From the NCBI GenBank assembly GCA_002455955.1, contig DKLZ01000086.1, positions 15,014-79,013 of the forward strand: a stretch of DNA of 64,000 bases. The letters are read 5' to 3'. Below, one piece after another: positions 18,018 through 26,921 of the stretch. Within the stretch, counting starts at the first letter, position 1, and every line of letters starts with the position of its first letter. Made by a program: the position numbers and the translations under genes. The stretch comes from Dehalococcoidia bacterium UBA6627. Its GTDB lineage: Bacteria; Chloroflexota; Dehalococcoidia; UBA2979. A model generated the notes under the pieces. That model did no database searches and was not told where the DNA came from. It saw only the letters and a program-made list of their open reading frames with translations.

Positions 18018-19568
18018 ATGACTAGTGCTCCATCACCTCCCGAAACGCTCAACCTAACTCGTTACTGTCTCGAGAGCCGAGCACTCGACCCATTAACTAG
18101 GAACAACCCTGCTTTCACTTTCATTGATCCAGAATCTGATGACCGCAGTTGGACGTATGCCGAGGTCTGGAACCACGTCGAAGCGATCGCTCACGGATTG
18201 CTAGAGACAGGACTTAATCCAGGCGATCGCCTCCTCGTGCGTCTCCCTCACTCACCCGAATATGCCTTTACCTTCTTTGGCGCAACGCTTGCTGGTCTAA
18301 TTCCGATTCCCGCATCACCAATGCTGACAGAGGAAGAATCTCGTTTCCTTCTAGAAGATTCCGGAGCAACTGCAATAATTATTCCTAAATCCTCGCAGGA
18401 TATGGAATTCAAGGGCTTGACCATCACACCTGAAACTCTTGAAACCTTCGATCACTCGCAAGTAGGACGAGCGACCTCTGATCCACTTCCAAATACTAAT
18501 GCTGAAGACCCTGCCTTCCTGATCTACACCTCAGGCACTACCGATCGACCGAAAGGTGTCCTCCACGCCCATCGCACCCTCCATGGCCGCGCACTTATGC
18601 GCGAAGGCTGGGAAGGATTCAAGAACAATGACGTCACGATGCATGCGGGCACGCTCAATTGGTCATACACCCTCGGAGTCGGACTTATGGACTCTTGGGC
18701 GGCCGGAGCACATGCAGTGCTTCGAGGTGGAAGCTCTGATCCGGCCATCTGGCCAACGTTGATTGAACGGCTCGGCGTTACGATCTTCGTCGCTGTCCCC
18801 ACCGTCTTCCGCCAAGTCCTCAAGTACGGGAATCCTGAGACTCATGACCTCTCATCACTGCGTCACGTACTCTGCGCCGGCGAAGCACTCTCTCCTGCAC
18901 TCTACGAAGAATGGACTGAACGGGTGGGCACTGAAATGTATGAGTCTCTCGGGATGACGGAAATATCCACATACATCTCGTCAGGCCCTAACACACCTGT
19001 ACGCGTTGGCTCTCCAGGCCGTCCTCAACATGGACGACGCGTAGCAATTTTGGAAGAGGAATCAAGCAGTACCAAACCTTTACCAGCTGGTGCTATCGGC
19101 CTATTGGCAGTTCATAGATCTGATCCCGGGCTAATGATCGGCTATTGGAACCGAACAGACGAACAATCAGCCGTTTTCCGAGGCGATTGGTTCGTCGGTG
19201 GTGATCGTGCCTCCATCGATCAAGACGGCTATGTCCATTTCCACGGAAGAGCTGATGATGTCATCAAGTCGTTTGGTTATCGTCTTTCACCCGTTGAGAT
19301 CGAATCTGCGATCGAATCGCATCCTAGCGTTGCCGAAGCAGCCGTTGTCGGTCTTGCGATCGACGATCAAAAGACGCTCGTCACAGCCTGTATCGTACCC
19401 ACTACCCCTAACAGTCTCAGCACTACCGACCTCGAAGCGCACGCGACTCGAAACCTAGCGGAGTATAAACGCCCTCACCAGTACCACTTTGTCGAAGCTC
19501 TCCCTCGTACTCGCAACGGGAAGGTTCAGCGCAAAACTATCCTTGATCAGATTCGCAATAACCTCTGA
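18018..19568 (+). CDS. AMP-forming acyl-CoA synthetase/ligase (aromatic/medium-chain acid-CoA ligase-like)
   Basis: 516-aa ORF with the AMP-binding motif IYTSGTTDRPKGV, then GDWFVGGDRASIDQDGYVHFHGRADD and C-terminal PRTRNGKVQR. Confidence 0.85.
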   Translation: MTSAPSPPETLNLTRYCLESRALDPLTRNNPAFTFIDPESDDRSWTYAEVWNHVEAIAHGLLETGLNPGDRLLVRLPHSPEYAFTFFGATLAGLIPIPASPMLTEEESRFLLEDSGATAIIIPKSSQDMEFKGLTITPETLETFDHSQVGRATSDPLPNTNAEDPAFLIYTSGTTDRPKGVLHAHRTLHGRALMREGWEGFKNNDVTMHAGTLNWSYTLGVGLMDSWAAGAHAVLRGGSSDPAIWPTLIERLGVTIFVAVPTVFRQVLKYGNPETHDLSSLRHVLCAGEALSPALYEEWTERVGTEMYESLGMTEISTYISSGPNTPVRVGSPGRPQHGRRVAILEEESSSTKPLPAGAIGLLAVHRSDPGLMIGYWNRTDEQSAVFRGDWFVGGDRASIDQDGYVHFHGRADDVIKSFGYRLSPVEIESAIESHPSVAEAAVVGLAIDDQKTLVTACIVPTTPNSLSTTDLEAHATRNLAEYKRPHQYHFVEALPRTRNGKVQRKTILDQIRNNL

Positions 19569-19624
19569 ACATTAAACTGCTCGAACCCATAGATCGACTC
19601 GTTATACACACCCGTTGTCTGCTT

Positions 19625-20590
19625 TCATGCACGATCGAGAATCAGCCCCAGAAAGATCACGTAGGCAGAAAGTAAAAGCAATCCTTCTCGTCGATCAACC
19701 AACGATCTCGTATGCAATGCAACGATCGGGAAAAGCACAAGGCTGCTCAAACCAAGAGCGATCATCTCGAACTGATAGAGCGATTGGTCGAAATTCAGTG
19801 GAGCAACCAAGGCCGTCAAACCCAGAACGCCAAGTAGATTGAAAATGTTCGATCCAACTGCACTTGCTATAGCAATCTCATGTTCTCGCCGAAGCGCTGC
19901 GATCACCGTGGTCGCAATTTCTGGCAAACTTGTCCCAACAGCAACGACTGTGACACCAATTGCTAGATCACTCAATCCCAGCCGCTCCGCAACACCTGTC
20001 GCGCCTTGTACAACAACCGCTGCACCGAGAGCCAAGCAAGCAAGTCCCACGATCAGTAGGCAACCATTCGTGAGCGTCTTATCCAAGTATGGAGAGAGAG
20101 TCTTGGGAGTTTTATCTTCTTCACTGATCAGTACTGGAGATTCAGGCGCGAGTAAGAACGAAACTATAACGAAACCACCGAGACCAACCACGAACAACAT
20201 CAACCCTTCCCAACGAGCCAGTTCACCGTCCGTTCCAGCCAGTAAAACTGTCACTGTCGCTGCAAACAGGACCGGTATCTCCCAACGTAGTAACCGTCGA
20301 TCAACCACCATCGGACTGACTACCGCCGCCATCCCAAGAACGAGAGCAACGTTGGCAACATTGGATCCAATCACATTACCAACACCAAGACCGTCGGAAT
20401 CCCCTAACGAAGCCGTCATACTTATCACTAGTTCAGGTGCAGATGTCCCGAAGGCAACTATTGTCGACCCGACTAAAACACGACTCATTCCAAAACTAGT
20501 AGCGATCAAAAGCGCAGAGCGAACAACGAGGCGGGCTCCCGTTAGTAAGACAGTCAATCCAATGACAACGAAGAGGAAATCAAGAGCCAT
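19625..20590 (-). CDS. Ca2+/cation antiporter (CaCA family, YrbG-like)
   Basis: 321-aa polytopic ORF with the two alpha-repeats GNVIGSNVANVALVLG and SAVGSNIFNLLGVLG. Confidence 0.85.
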   Translation of the reverse strand: MALDFLFVVIGLTVLLTGARLVVRSALLIATSFGMSRVLVGSTIVAFGTSAPELVISMTASLGDSDGLGVGNVIGSNVANVALVLGMAAVVSPMVVDRRLLRWEIPVLFAATVTVLLAGTDGELARWEGLMLFVVGLGGFVIVSFLLAPESPVLISEEDKTPKTLSPYLDKTLTNGCLLIVGLACLALGAAVVVQGATGVAERLGLSDLAIGVTVVAVGTSLPEIATTVIAALRREHEIAIASAVGSNIFNLLGVLGLTALVAPLNFDQSLYQFEMIALGLSSLVLFPIVALHTRSLVDRREGLLLLSAYVIFLGLILDRA

Positions 20591-20599
20591 TTTCTGAAA

Positions 20600-21946
20600 T
20601 CACACCCCAGAAGGTCGATTTGCCACTCGGAGTAAGGCATACCCAAGAGCTCCTGCAGCGAATGAGGCAATCAGGATCCCTACTTTGGCATTGATTAAGA
20701 GAGTCTCTGCTTCGAATGACAGCTGTGTCACGAACAATGAAACCGTGAAGCCAATTCCACCCAGCAGCGAAATTCCTACCACATGAGCCCAACGCACACC
20801 AAGAGGAAGCTGAGCACCTGCCTGAACTACCAGCCATACACCTAATGTCACGCCGATTGGTTTCCCTAGTAGGAGACCTAGGGTTACACCCCACATCAGG
20901 CTTGAGCTGAACACATCACCTAAAGTGTCCGGTGACAGCTCCACGCCGGCATTAGCAAGCGCAAAAATCGGTACGACTACGAATGCCACAGGGCGCTGTA
21001 ATGCATGCTCCAGACGGTCCAACGGTGACACCGCCCGCTGCCCGACTTCGGCAACTTCCATCAACGCATGAACACGATCCTCACGATCGAGGGACGTTGC
21101 ATTCTCGTTGGATTGTGACTGCAATCGCCCTAACACCGGTCGAATAATTGTTGTGAAATCCTCAGGGCGGTGCCAACTCTGCCATGGTGTCATAAGACCC
21201 AGCAATACCCCGACGATCGTTGCGTGAACACCGGATTGCAGCATTGCCATCCAGGCAATACCTCCTATCACGAAATATACGGGGACGTACCACATACCAA
21301 ATTTGTTCAACATGTAAACCAACGTCAGCAGACCAATCACGATGCTCAGTGCACCGAAATCGATCGCATCTGTATAAAAGATTGCTATCACTGCAATCGC
21401 TCCGAGATCATCAACAATCGCCATCGCCAGTAAGAGGATTTTGAGCCCCATAGGAATACGAGGCCCAACAAGAACAAGGACACCTACAGCGAAAGCAATG
21501 TCAGTAGCCATCGGAATTGCCCAGCCCTCACGACCAGCAGAATTGCCAACTATTAAGAAGAAAACCAAAACTGGTATAACCATTCCGCCAATAGCGGCAG
21601 CGGCGGGCACCACCATTCGTCGGGCACTTGCTAGTTCGCCGATGGCGACCTCACGTTTGATTTCCATTCCTACCACAAAAAAGAAAATGACCATCGCGGC
21701 GTCATTGATCCAAAAGTGCAAAGACTCGTCGACTGCGAAAAATCCTAGGTCAAATGCCAAGTGATGTTCGAATAAATGGTGATAACTATCCGACCAAGGC
21801 GAGTTCACCCAAATCAATGCGATCAAGGCTCCTACCAATAAAACAACGCCACCCGCAGCCTCGGTACGAATAAACCGCTGGATCGGCCCAGCGAGGCGGA
21901 CTTGTCGCACTCCTGCCGGTGGCCCAATATCGCCTGATACTTCCAT
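20600..21946 (-). CDS. nhaA: Na+/H+ antiporter NhaA
   Basis: 448-aa ORF with LHFWINDAAMVIFFFVVGMEIKRE and the LLAMAIVDDLGAI (Asp-Asp pair) signature of NhaA. Confidence 0.9.
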   Translation of the reverse strand: MEVSGDIGPPAGVRQVRLAGPIQRFIRTEAAGGVVLLVGALIALIWVNSPWSDSYHHLFEHHLAFDLGFFAVDESLHFWINDAAMVIFFFVVGMEIKREVAIGELASARRMVVPAAAAIGGMVIPVLVFFLIVGNSAGREGWAIPMATDIAFAVGVLVLVGPRIPMGLKILLLAMAIVDDLGAIAVIAIFYTDAIDFGALSIVIGLLTLVYMLNKFGMWYVPVYFVIGGIAWMAMLQSGVHATIVGVLLGLMTPWQSWHRPEDFTTIIRPVLGRLQSQSNENATSLDREDRVHALMEVAEVGQRAVSPLDRLEHALQRPVAFVVVPIFALANAGVELSPDTLGDVFSSSLMWGVTLGLLLGKPIGVTLGVWLVVQAGAQLPLGVRWAHVVGISLLGGIGFTVSLFVTQLSFEAETLLINAKVGILIASFAAGALGYALLRVANRPSGV

Positions 21947-22110
21947 CGTGATTCCATCCTGACCACGTCAAAAACTCTTCGCACATCTTATAATGGGGCG
22001 CTGGCAGCCTTGTGAGCGACTCCAAAGATGCCACAACACTGAAATTCAGTTATCACGGTGTTTCCCCGCAACAACACTAGTCCGATTTCTCAAGTAATAG
22101 CGAAAGTGAA

Positions 22111-22581
22111 ATGATGCCTAACACTCGCGATCAGATTCGCCTAAACAAAGCGGAACAAGACGAATTACTAGACAGCGTTACGACTCTCCAAATTGCCAGT
22201 ATCCTCCCCGATGGTCGTCCACATTTAGTCCCAATGTGGTTCGCAAGAGATGACAATGGATTACTCGTTTTTTCAACATACGCGCGTTCACAGAAGATCA
22301 AGAACCTCGAGCGAGATGCTCGTATCACCGCACTCGCCGAAACTGGCGATACCTACGATCAAGTTCGTGGACTTTCAATAGAAGGTGTCGCAGAGATCAT
22401 CCGAGATGCTTCGATTACAATGCGAACCATGCAACTAGTAGGCGCTCGCACGAATAGACAACCGCGCCCTGATATCAATCCAGATCATGAATCAGAACCA
22501 CCGCCAATCGCCTACAAACGAGTGACTGTCCGAATCAAGCCAGAGCGAATCCGTTCCTGGGACCATCGTAAATTGGCATGA
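22111..22581 (+). CDS. Pyridoxamine-5-phosphate-oxidase-fold protein (PPOX class, probably flavin/F420-binding)
   Basis: 156-aa ORF. LQIASILPDGRPHLVPMWFARDDNGLLVFSTYARSQKIKNLERDARI is typical of PPOX-class split-barrel proteins. Its stop overlaps the next start (ATGA). Confidence 0.7.
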   Translation: MMPNTRDQIRLNKAEQDELLDSVTTLQIASILPDGRPHLVPMWFARDDNGLLVFSTYARSQKIKNLERDARITALAETGDTYDQVRGLSIEGVAEIIRDASITMRTMQLVGARTNRQPRPDINPDHESEPPPIAYKRVTVRIKPERIRSWDHRKLA

Positions 22582-22910
22582 TCTCTTTCCGTCGTCGAAT
22601 CACAATGCAGCCAACCTTAGTCACGCCAACAGTGACCAGAGTCACTAAACCAGAACCAAAGAGCCTCCGGGAACTTCTCCCACCGGCTACCGTCGTCCTG
22701 CACAATGACGATGTGAACACCATGGAGTATGTAGTCTTTGCACTACTCGACTGTGTGACCGAAGTTGACTACGAGCGTGCCCTTGAAATCATGTTGCTGG
22801 CTCATCAATTCGGACAATCTGACGTTATCAGTTGTCCGTTTGAGCGTGCCGAACTTTATCGAAACCGTCTCGAATCTCACAACTTATCCGCAACCATACG
22901 AAGGGGATAA
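22578..22910 (+). CDS. clpS: ATP-dependent Clp protease adaptor ClpS (canonical pocket)
   Basis: 110-aa ORF. VVLHNDDVNTMEYVVFALL...MLLAHQFGQ keeps the NDD, Met and His pocket residues. An alternative start is at Met10 (22605). Confidence 0.85.
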   Translation: MISFRRRITMQPTLVTPTVTRVTKPEPKSLRELLPPATVVLHNDDVNTMEYVVFALLDCVTEVDYERALEIMLLAHQFGQSDVISCPFERAELYRNRLESHNLSATIRRG

Positions 22911-23041
22911 CAACTCCAGCAGTAGCGTGAAATGATTAGATAACAAAGCCGCCAGTGCAATTCGTGTGAGTCAACAAATGACAGCAGAAGTTGTTCTGGA
23001 GTATAACGAGCCCTAGAGCCGAATGAACTTAGGTAGTGGCT

Positions 23042-23677
23042 CTAACGTCGAACGTTGAGCGGTCGTAGACCAAGTACCTGCCTCTTCGACTGCACTGCTC
23101 GCCAGACTATCCGATCATTTTCGAGAAATCGTGTGAGTTGGGAAACTGACACACCAAGTTGGCGGGCAGTCGGAGCAATGCGCCAATCTTTTGCTGATAA
23201 AACATCGAAGATAGCAGCGATAGTCGCTGGATAACGTACATCTCGCTGCCCAACCGATATTGTTCTGCCCTGAGTAGTTTGAAGCACCTCCGATAGCTCT
23301 TTGGGTAGATCACCGTTCTTCCTAACAGGTGCACGTACTTCTAGCGCGATCGCCAGTCGAAGGCGACGAAGAGCTCGAACGCGATTCTCATGCTGTGATC
23401 TTGATTCCGCTGCCTCAACGGTCACACTCGTTGGTTGATGTCGCAATCTTACTGCTGAGTCTGTCTTGTTCCGTTTCTGACCGCCTGGACCACTCGCCCG
23501 GAAGCAATCGACTGCACACTGAGCCATCAACGTCTGATCATCGAGACGTATGAACTGCAGCCAGTTAGATTGTTGTAATGCACCGTTCACGTGAAAGACG
23601 ATATTACCGATCTCGCCATCAGATCGGGTAGTACCTTTCTTCGACAGTTCCTCGCGCCTATCCTGATAATTCAACAT
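23042..23677 (-). CDS. GGQ-motif release-factor-domain protein (RF-1 domain / ArfB-like) with helix-turn-helix-like C-terminus
   Basis: 211-aa [22 protein letters not shown] is the peptidyl-tRNA hydrolase (GGQ) motif. The C-terminal part carries [18 protein letters not shown]. The start is uncertain (ATG 23677 or in-frame GTG 23590). Confidence 0.7.
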   Translation of the reverse strand: MLNYQDRREELSKKGTTRSDGEIGNIVFHVNGALQQSNWLQFIRLDDQTLMAQCAVDCFRASGPGGQKRNKTDSAVRLRHQPTSVTVEAAESRSQHENRVRALRRLRLAIALEVRAPVRKNGDLPKELSEVLQTTQGRTISVGQRDVRYPATIAAIFDVLSAKDWRIAPTARQLGVSVSQLTRFLENDRIVWRAVQSKRQVLGLRPLNVRR

Positions 23678-23728
23678 CTCAATTCGTCAACTGTGCGATT
23701 AAAGCTAATAAGGTCCAAAGGAAGTCCG

Positions 23729-24787
23729 ATGAATCACAAAGTACAGATCGTGGGGGCCACCGGATATGGTGGGTTGGGTATTCTGGAGCTCTTGCTGGCC
23801 CATCCACGCTTCGACGTCACAAGCCTGATCGCACGAGAAGAGGCCGGTCGTCAAATTAGCGAAATCTATCCACACCTCAGTGGATACACCGGCTTAACCG
23901 TCGATTCAGCAGACGATACACCGATCGGAACAGACTGCGATATCGTCGTGTTTTCTACTCCTGATCGCGTCTCACAGAGCTACGCTCCAACACTCGTTAA
24001 TTCCGGTATGAGGTTTATTGATTACTCCGGAGATTTTCGCTTCGCTTCTGCTGAAGACTACGGACAATACGCTGCCCGCCATCCTTCAATAACAGGAAAT
24101 GAGCACGACGCAGAAGCACTACTGAAGATCTCAACCTACGGCGTCTCAGAACTCGATCCAGAGGGTATCGCTAAAGCATCGATTGTCGGTAATCCAGGCT
24201 GCTTCGCCGTCGGAATCATCCTCGGTCTAGCACCGCTGTTCCACGACGGTCTAGTTGGCGATGACGGAATTGTCGCTGTCGATGGCCTCAGCGGATCATC
24301 CGGTGCCGGGAAGAAACCAGCTCCCCTGCAACATCTATCTCATCTAAACGACAACATCATTCCGTATCGTCTTCTGTCACATCAACACGCTATCGAGGCA
24401 AATCTCACACTCGGCCGTCTCGGACGATCCGAAGGAGCGCAGATCGATTTCATCCCGCATCTACTCGGAACCACGCGCGGGATCCTCAGTACTATGCACT
24501 TGCGTCTGAAGCAGGCCATGGAGCGTGACACTCTGCTCGATCGGTACCGTGATTACTTTGGAAACGCACCATTCGTGCGTATTCTCGAGGGTCCACCGAC
24601 TCTGAAAGGCACACTAGGATCGAACTACTGCGACATTTCATTGTTCGTAGAGGGAAACCGCGTCGTCGTTATATCGTCGATCGACAACCTGATGAAGGGA
24701 CAAAGTGGTTCAGCTATGCAGAATCTGAACCTGATGTTTGGAATACCGCAGACAACGGGCCTCGACCGCGCTCCCCTCTATCCTTGA
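23729..24787 (+). CDS. argC: N-acetyl-gamma-glutamyl-phosphate reductase
   Basis: The ORF track gives 23591-24787. The internal Met47 (23729) opens MNHKVQIVGATGYGG and is preceded by AAGGAAG. GNPGCFAV is the active-site Cys context. Confidence 0.9.
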   Translation: MNHKVQIVGATGYGGLGILELLLAHPRFDVTSLIAREEAGRQISEIYPHLSGYTGLTVDSADDTPIGTDCDIVVFSTPDRVSQSYAPTLVNSGMRFIDYSGDFRFASAEDYGQYAARHPSITGNEHDAEALLKISTYGVSELDPEGIAKASIVGNPGCFAVGIILGLAPLFHDGLVGDDGIVAVDGLSGSSGAGKKPAPLQHLSHLNDNIIPYRLLSHQHAIEANLTLGRLGRSEGAQIDFIPHLLGTTRGILSTMHLRLKQAMERDTLLDRYRDYFGNAPFVRILEGPPTLKGTLGSNYCDISLFVEGNRVVVISSIDNLMKGQSGSAMQNLNLMFGIPQTTGLDRAPLYP

Positions 24788-24815
24788 CATAGATGCGACC
24801 ATAAGACGGAAAATA

Positions 24816-26249
24816 TCACCTAGATGCAGAGACCCGATCGACAATCACAGCGTTACTTTCTCCAGACTTTCGCCAGCGCCTTAGACACATACTCGTTCCA
24901 ATGCCGAGCGCGAATAGCAGTAATGGAGAAATAAGTAGCACATTCTCAACACCGATCACGCCAGCAACACCGCCCATAAAAAGCAGTACCGGAATTGAAA
25001 GACCATCTTTCATCGCACCAAGCAGGGCGAAGATTCGACCATGGACGGTGCTCGGGACATATTTCCCTATGTAGGTCATCGTTGCAGCTGCCGCCAAGGT
25101 CATACCCATACCAAGTAGTAACGAAATCTGAGCTGCTATCTCCACTTGATCACCAACACCCGGAATATCCACTACAGGTACATGAGCCGAAAGCAGATCA
25201 GTCGTCGTTTCAATCATGCCGAGCCCAATGATAGCTACAGTCACTAATAGGAATCCAAGTGCAGCTACCAGCAGTTCCTTGAATATCCGAATCAGAAGTG
25301 GCGCGCAAATTAGCGCGAGAACCAATCCGAGTGATGCCGGCGCAAATACATAAAATGTGTTTTCCGGCGCTACATCTAGCACAGCAAATACGTAACGGGG
25401 ACCAAGCACTCCGAGCACCACACCAGTAGTGCTTGCCATCGCAGCAAGCATTAGCATCCAATATGCCGCTCGGTCCTCGATTAACCAGCGAACCGCTTGC
25501 CTTATCGAAGGCTGGTGAAGCGACGTTAGTTCCTGATCCTCATCGATTTCCAACCGAGAATTATCGTCCACTCGAAAATGAAACGCTCGCGTTGCTGAGA
25601 GGATGAATAAGATACCTGCAATTACAACCACGGGTTCGATGTCGAATGCACGCACCAACAATGGCGCTAGCAGTGCTTTCCCAACCACTTCACCAGCCGA
25701 TGAAGCCAGTGAAAGGAACGAGTTCGCCGACGCGAGTTCGGGATGCGTTGCCACCAGCGGTACAGCCGACGCCTCTGATGGCTGGGAAACTTGATGCAGC
25801 ACACGAACAGCCAGCAACACAGCAAGCATTCCACGTAACTGAAATCCGAGGAACAGAGGGAGTGAGAAACAGAGAGCACCCATCAAGAGATAAGCAACAA
25901 CGAGAGCGGCGCGCTTTGGCAAAGCATCCGCAATAGAGCCACCAAAAAGCCCTAGTACCGCACCCGGTAACAGATACGCAACTCCAATAATCGCAGCCTC
26001 GAAAGCATCTCCTCCATTGCGTACCGATGCAATTAGCACGCCAAACAGCAATGCTTGCAGTGCAAGGTCGCTCAAGAACCGAGACGCCATCAGGGCTTGA
26101 AAGTTCGGATTTCTTGCGATTGATCCCGACGGAACGACGAACCAAAGCATTCGGAACATTTTCGACTGCGTATGATCGATTGCTTGGTCAACGCGGCGGA
26201 ATGTATCTCCGACAGGTTGATCAAATTCTGGCGGTAGAGCCATCGTCAC
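24816..26249 (-). CDS. MFS transporter
   Basis: 477-aa ORF with about 12 hydrophobic segments and an MFS-type loop (GGSIADALPKRAA). It uses a GTG start. Confidence 0.75.
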   Translation of the reverse strand: MTMALPPEFDQPVGDTFRRVDQAIDHTQSKMFRMLWFVVPSGSIARNPNFQALMASRFLSDLALQALLFGVLIASVRNGGDAFEAAIIGVAYLLPGAVLGLFGGSIADALPKRAALVVAYLLMGALCFSLPLFLGFQLRGMLAVLLAVRVLHQVSQPSEASAVPLVATHPELASANSFLSLASSAGEVVGKALLAPLLVRAFDIEPVVVIAGILFILSATRAFHFRVDDNSRLEIDEDQELTSLHQPSIRQAVRWLIEDRAAYWMLMLAAMASTTGVVLGVLGPRYVFAVLDVAPENTFYVFAPASLGLVLALICAPLLIRIFKELLVAALGFLLVTVAIIGLGMIETTTDLLSAHVPVVDIPGVGDQVEIAAQISLLLGMGMTLAAAATMTYIGKYVPSTVHGRIFALLGAMKDGLSIPVLLFMGGVAGVIGVENVLLISPLLLFALGIGTSMCLRRWRKSGESNAVIVDRVSASR

Positions 26250-26282
26250 AACTCACTTTACGTAAGCAATACTTACACCAGC

Positions 26283-26292
26283 AGTAGCATTT
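26283..26292. repeat. Left copy of the 10-bp direct repeat AGTAGCATTT flanking the AT-rich islet
   Basis: Exact 10-mer, repeated at 26769-26778. Confidence 0.9.
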
Positions 26293-26371
26293 CAGCAGAA
26301 TTATCATTGCTCGCCATCTCATATAGGAAATTGAATACTATCAATACAAATAGGAAGCTTATGCATCGAAA

Positions 26372-26773
26372 ATGCACGTTCATATATATATAAATATCCA
26401 AACTAACAAATTGTTCGGTACTCTCGTTGTGGTTGCAGCAAGTCAGATACCATTTTTGGTTATGTATACTCAGACTGTAAATATTGTTAATAGGATGGTC
26501 ATTACTACTCTTATGACCATAGGCGTTTCTGCTGTTCTATACTGGTTGAATAAACTAGACCAACAGCGACAAAAAAATAATTTTGTAATTGGTATCAGTA
26601 TGAACCAGAAAATAAGATGGATCCCGACATTCATATATGTATTAGCCACTCAAGTGGTATTTTGGGTTACATACATTAGTACTAATAATATGTTTTTCAG
26701 CATTGGCTTTACTGGTGCTTCTTTTGTAATTATCAGTTGGTTTCTGTCTTGGTTAGATAAAAATGACAAGTAG
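26372..26773 (+). CDS. Hypothetical small 4-TM membrane protein with possible internal duplication, in an AT-rich islet
   Basis: 133-aa ORF with four hydrophobic helices. Each half ends in a similar motif (YWLNKLDQ / SWLDKNDK). I recognise no family. The AGGAAG Shine-Dalgarno-like element is ~15 nt from the ATG, so the exact start is uncertain. Confidence 0.5.
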   Translation: MHVHIYINIQTNKLFGTLVVVAASQIPFLVMYTQTVNIVNRMVITTLMTIGVSAVLYWLNKLDQQRQKNNFVIGISMNQKIRWIPTFIYVLATQVVFWVTYISTNNMFFSIGFTGASFVIISWFLSWLDKNDK

Positions 26774-26778
26774 CATTT
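26769..26778. repeat. Right copy of the 10-bp direct repeat AGTAGCATTT
   Basis: Exact 10-mer. It overlaps the TAG stop (26771-26773) of the islet ORF. Confidence 0.9.
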
Positions 26779-26921
26779 AATTTTGACTGTCACACAATGA
26801 TCTTAAACTAAGTAAGAAGGCAAAAACCTTACGACATACCAGAAAAAAACTAACGGAATTAGTGTTATCTGAATGGACTCCGCCGAAGAATCACAGTCCC
26901 TCAGCCAACCTCACGACATCA

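Noticed and set aside
19839-20597. 252-aa plus-strand ORF
   Set aside because: It is entirely antisense to the well-supported CaCA antiporter gene. The translation is Ser/Thr/Pro/Arg/Ala-rich with no motifs, which is typical of a shadow ORF.
23591-23728. 46-codon upstream extension of argC from a GTG start
   Set aside because: It overlaps the 5' end of the divergent GGQ-protein gene. The internal ATG at 23729 has an AAGGAAG SD and gives the canonical ArgC N-terminus.
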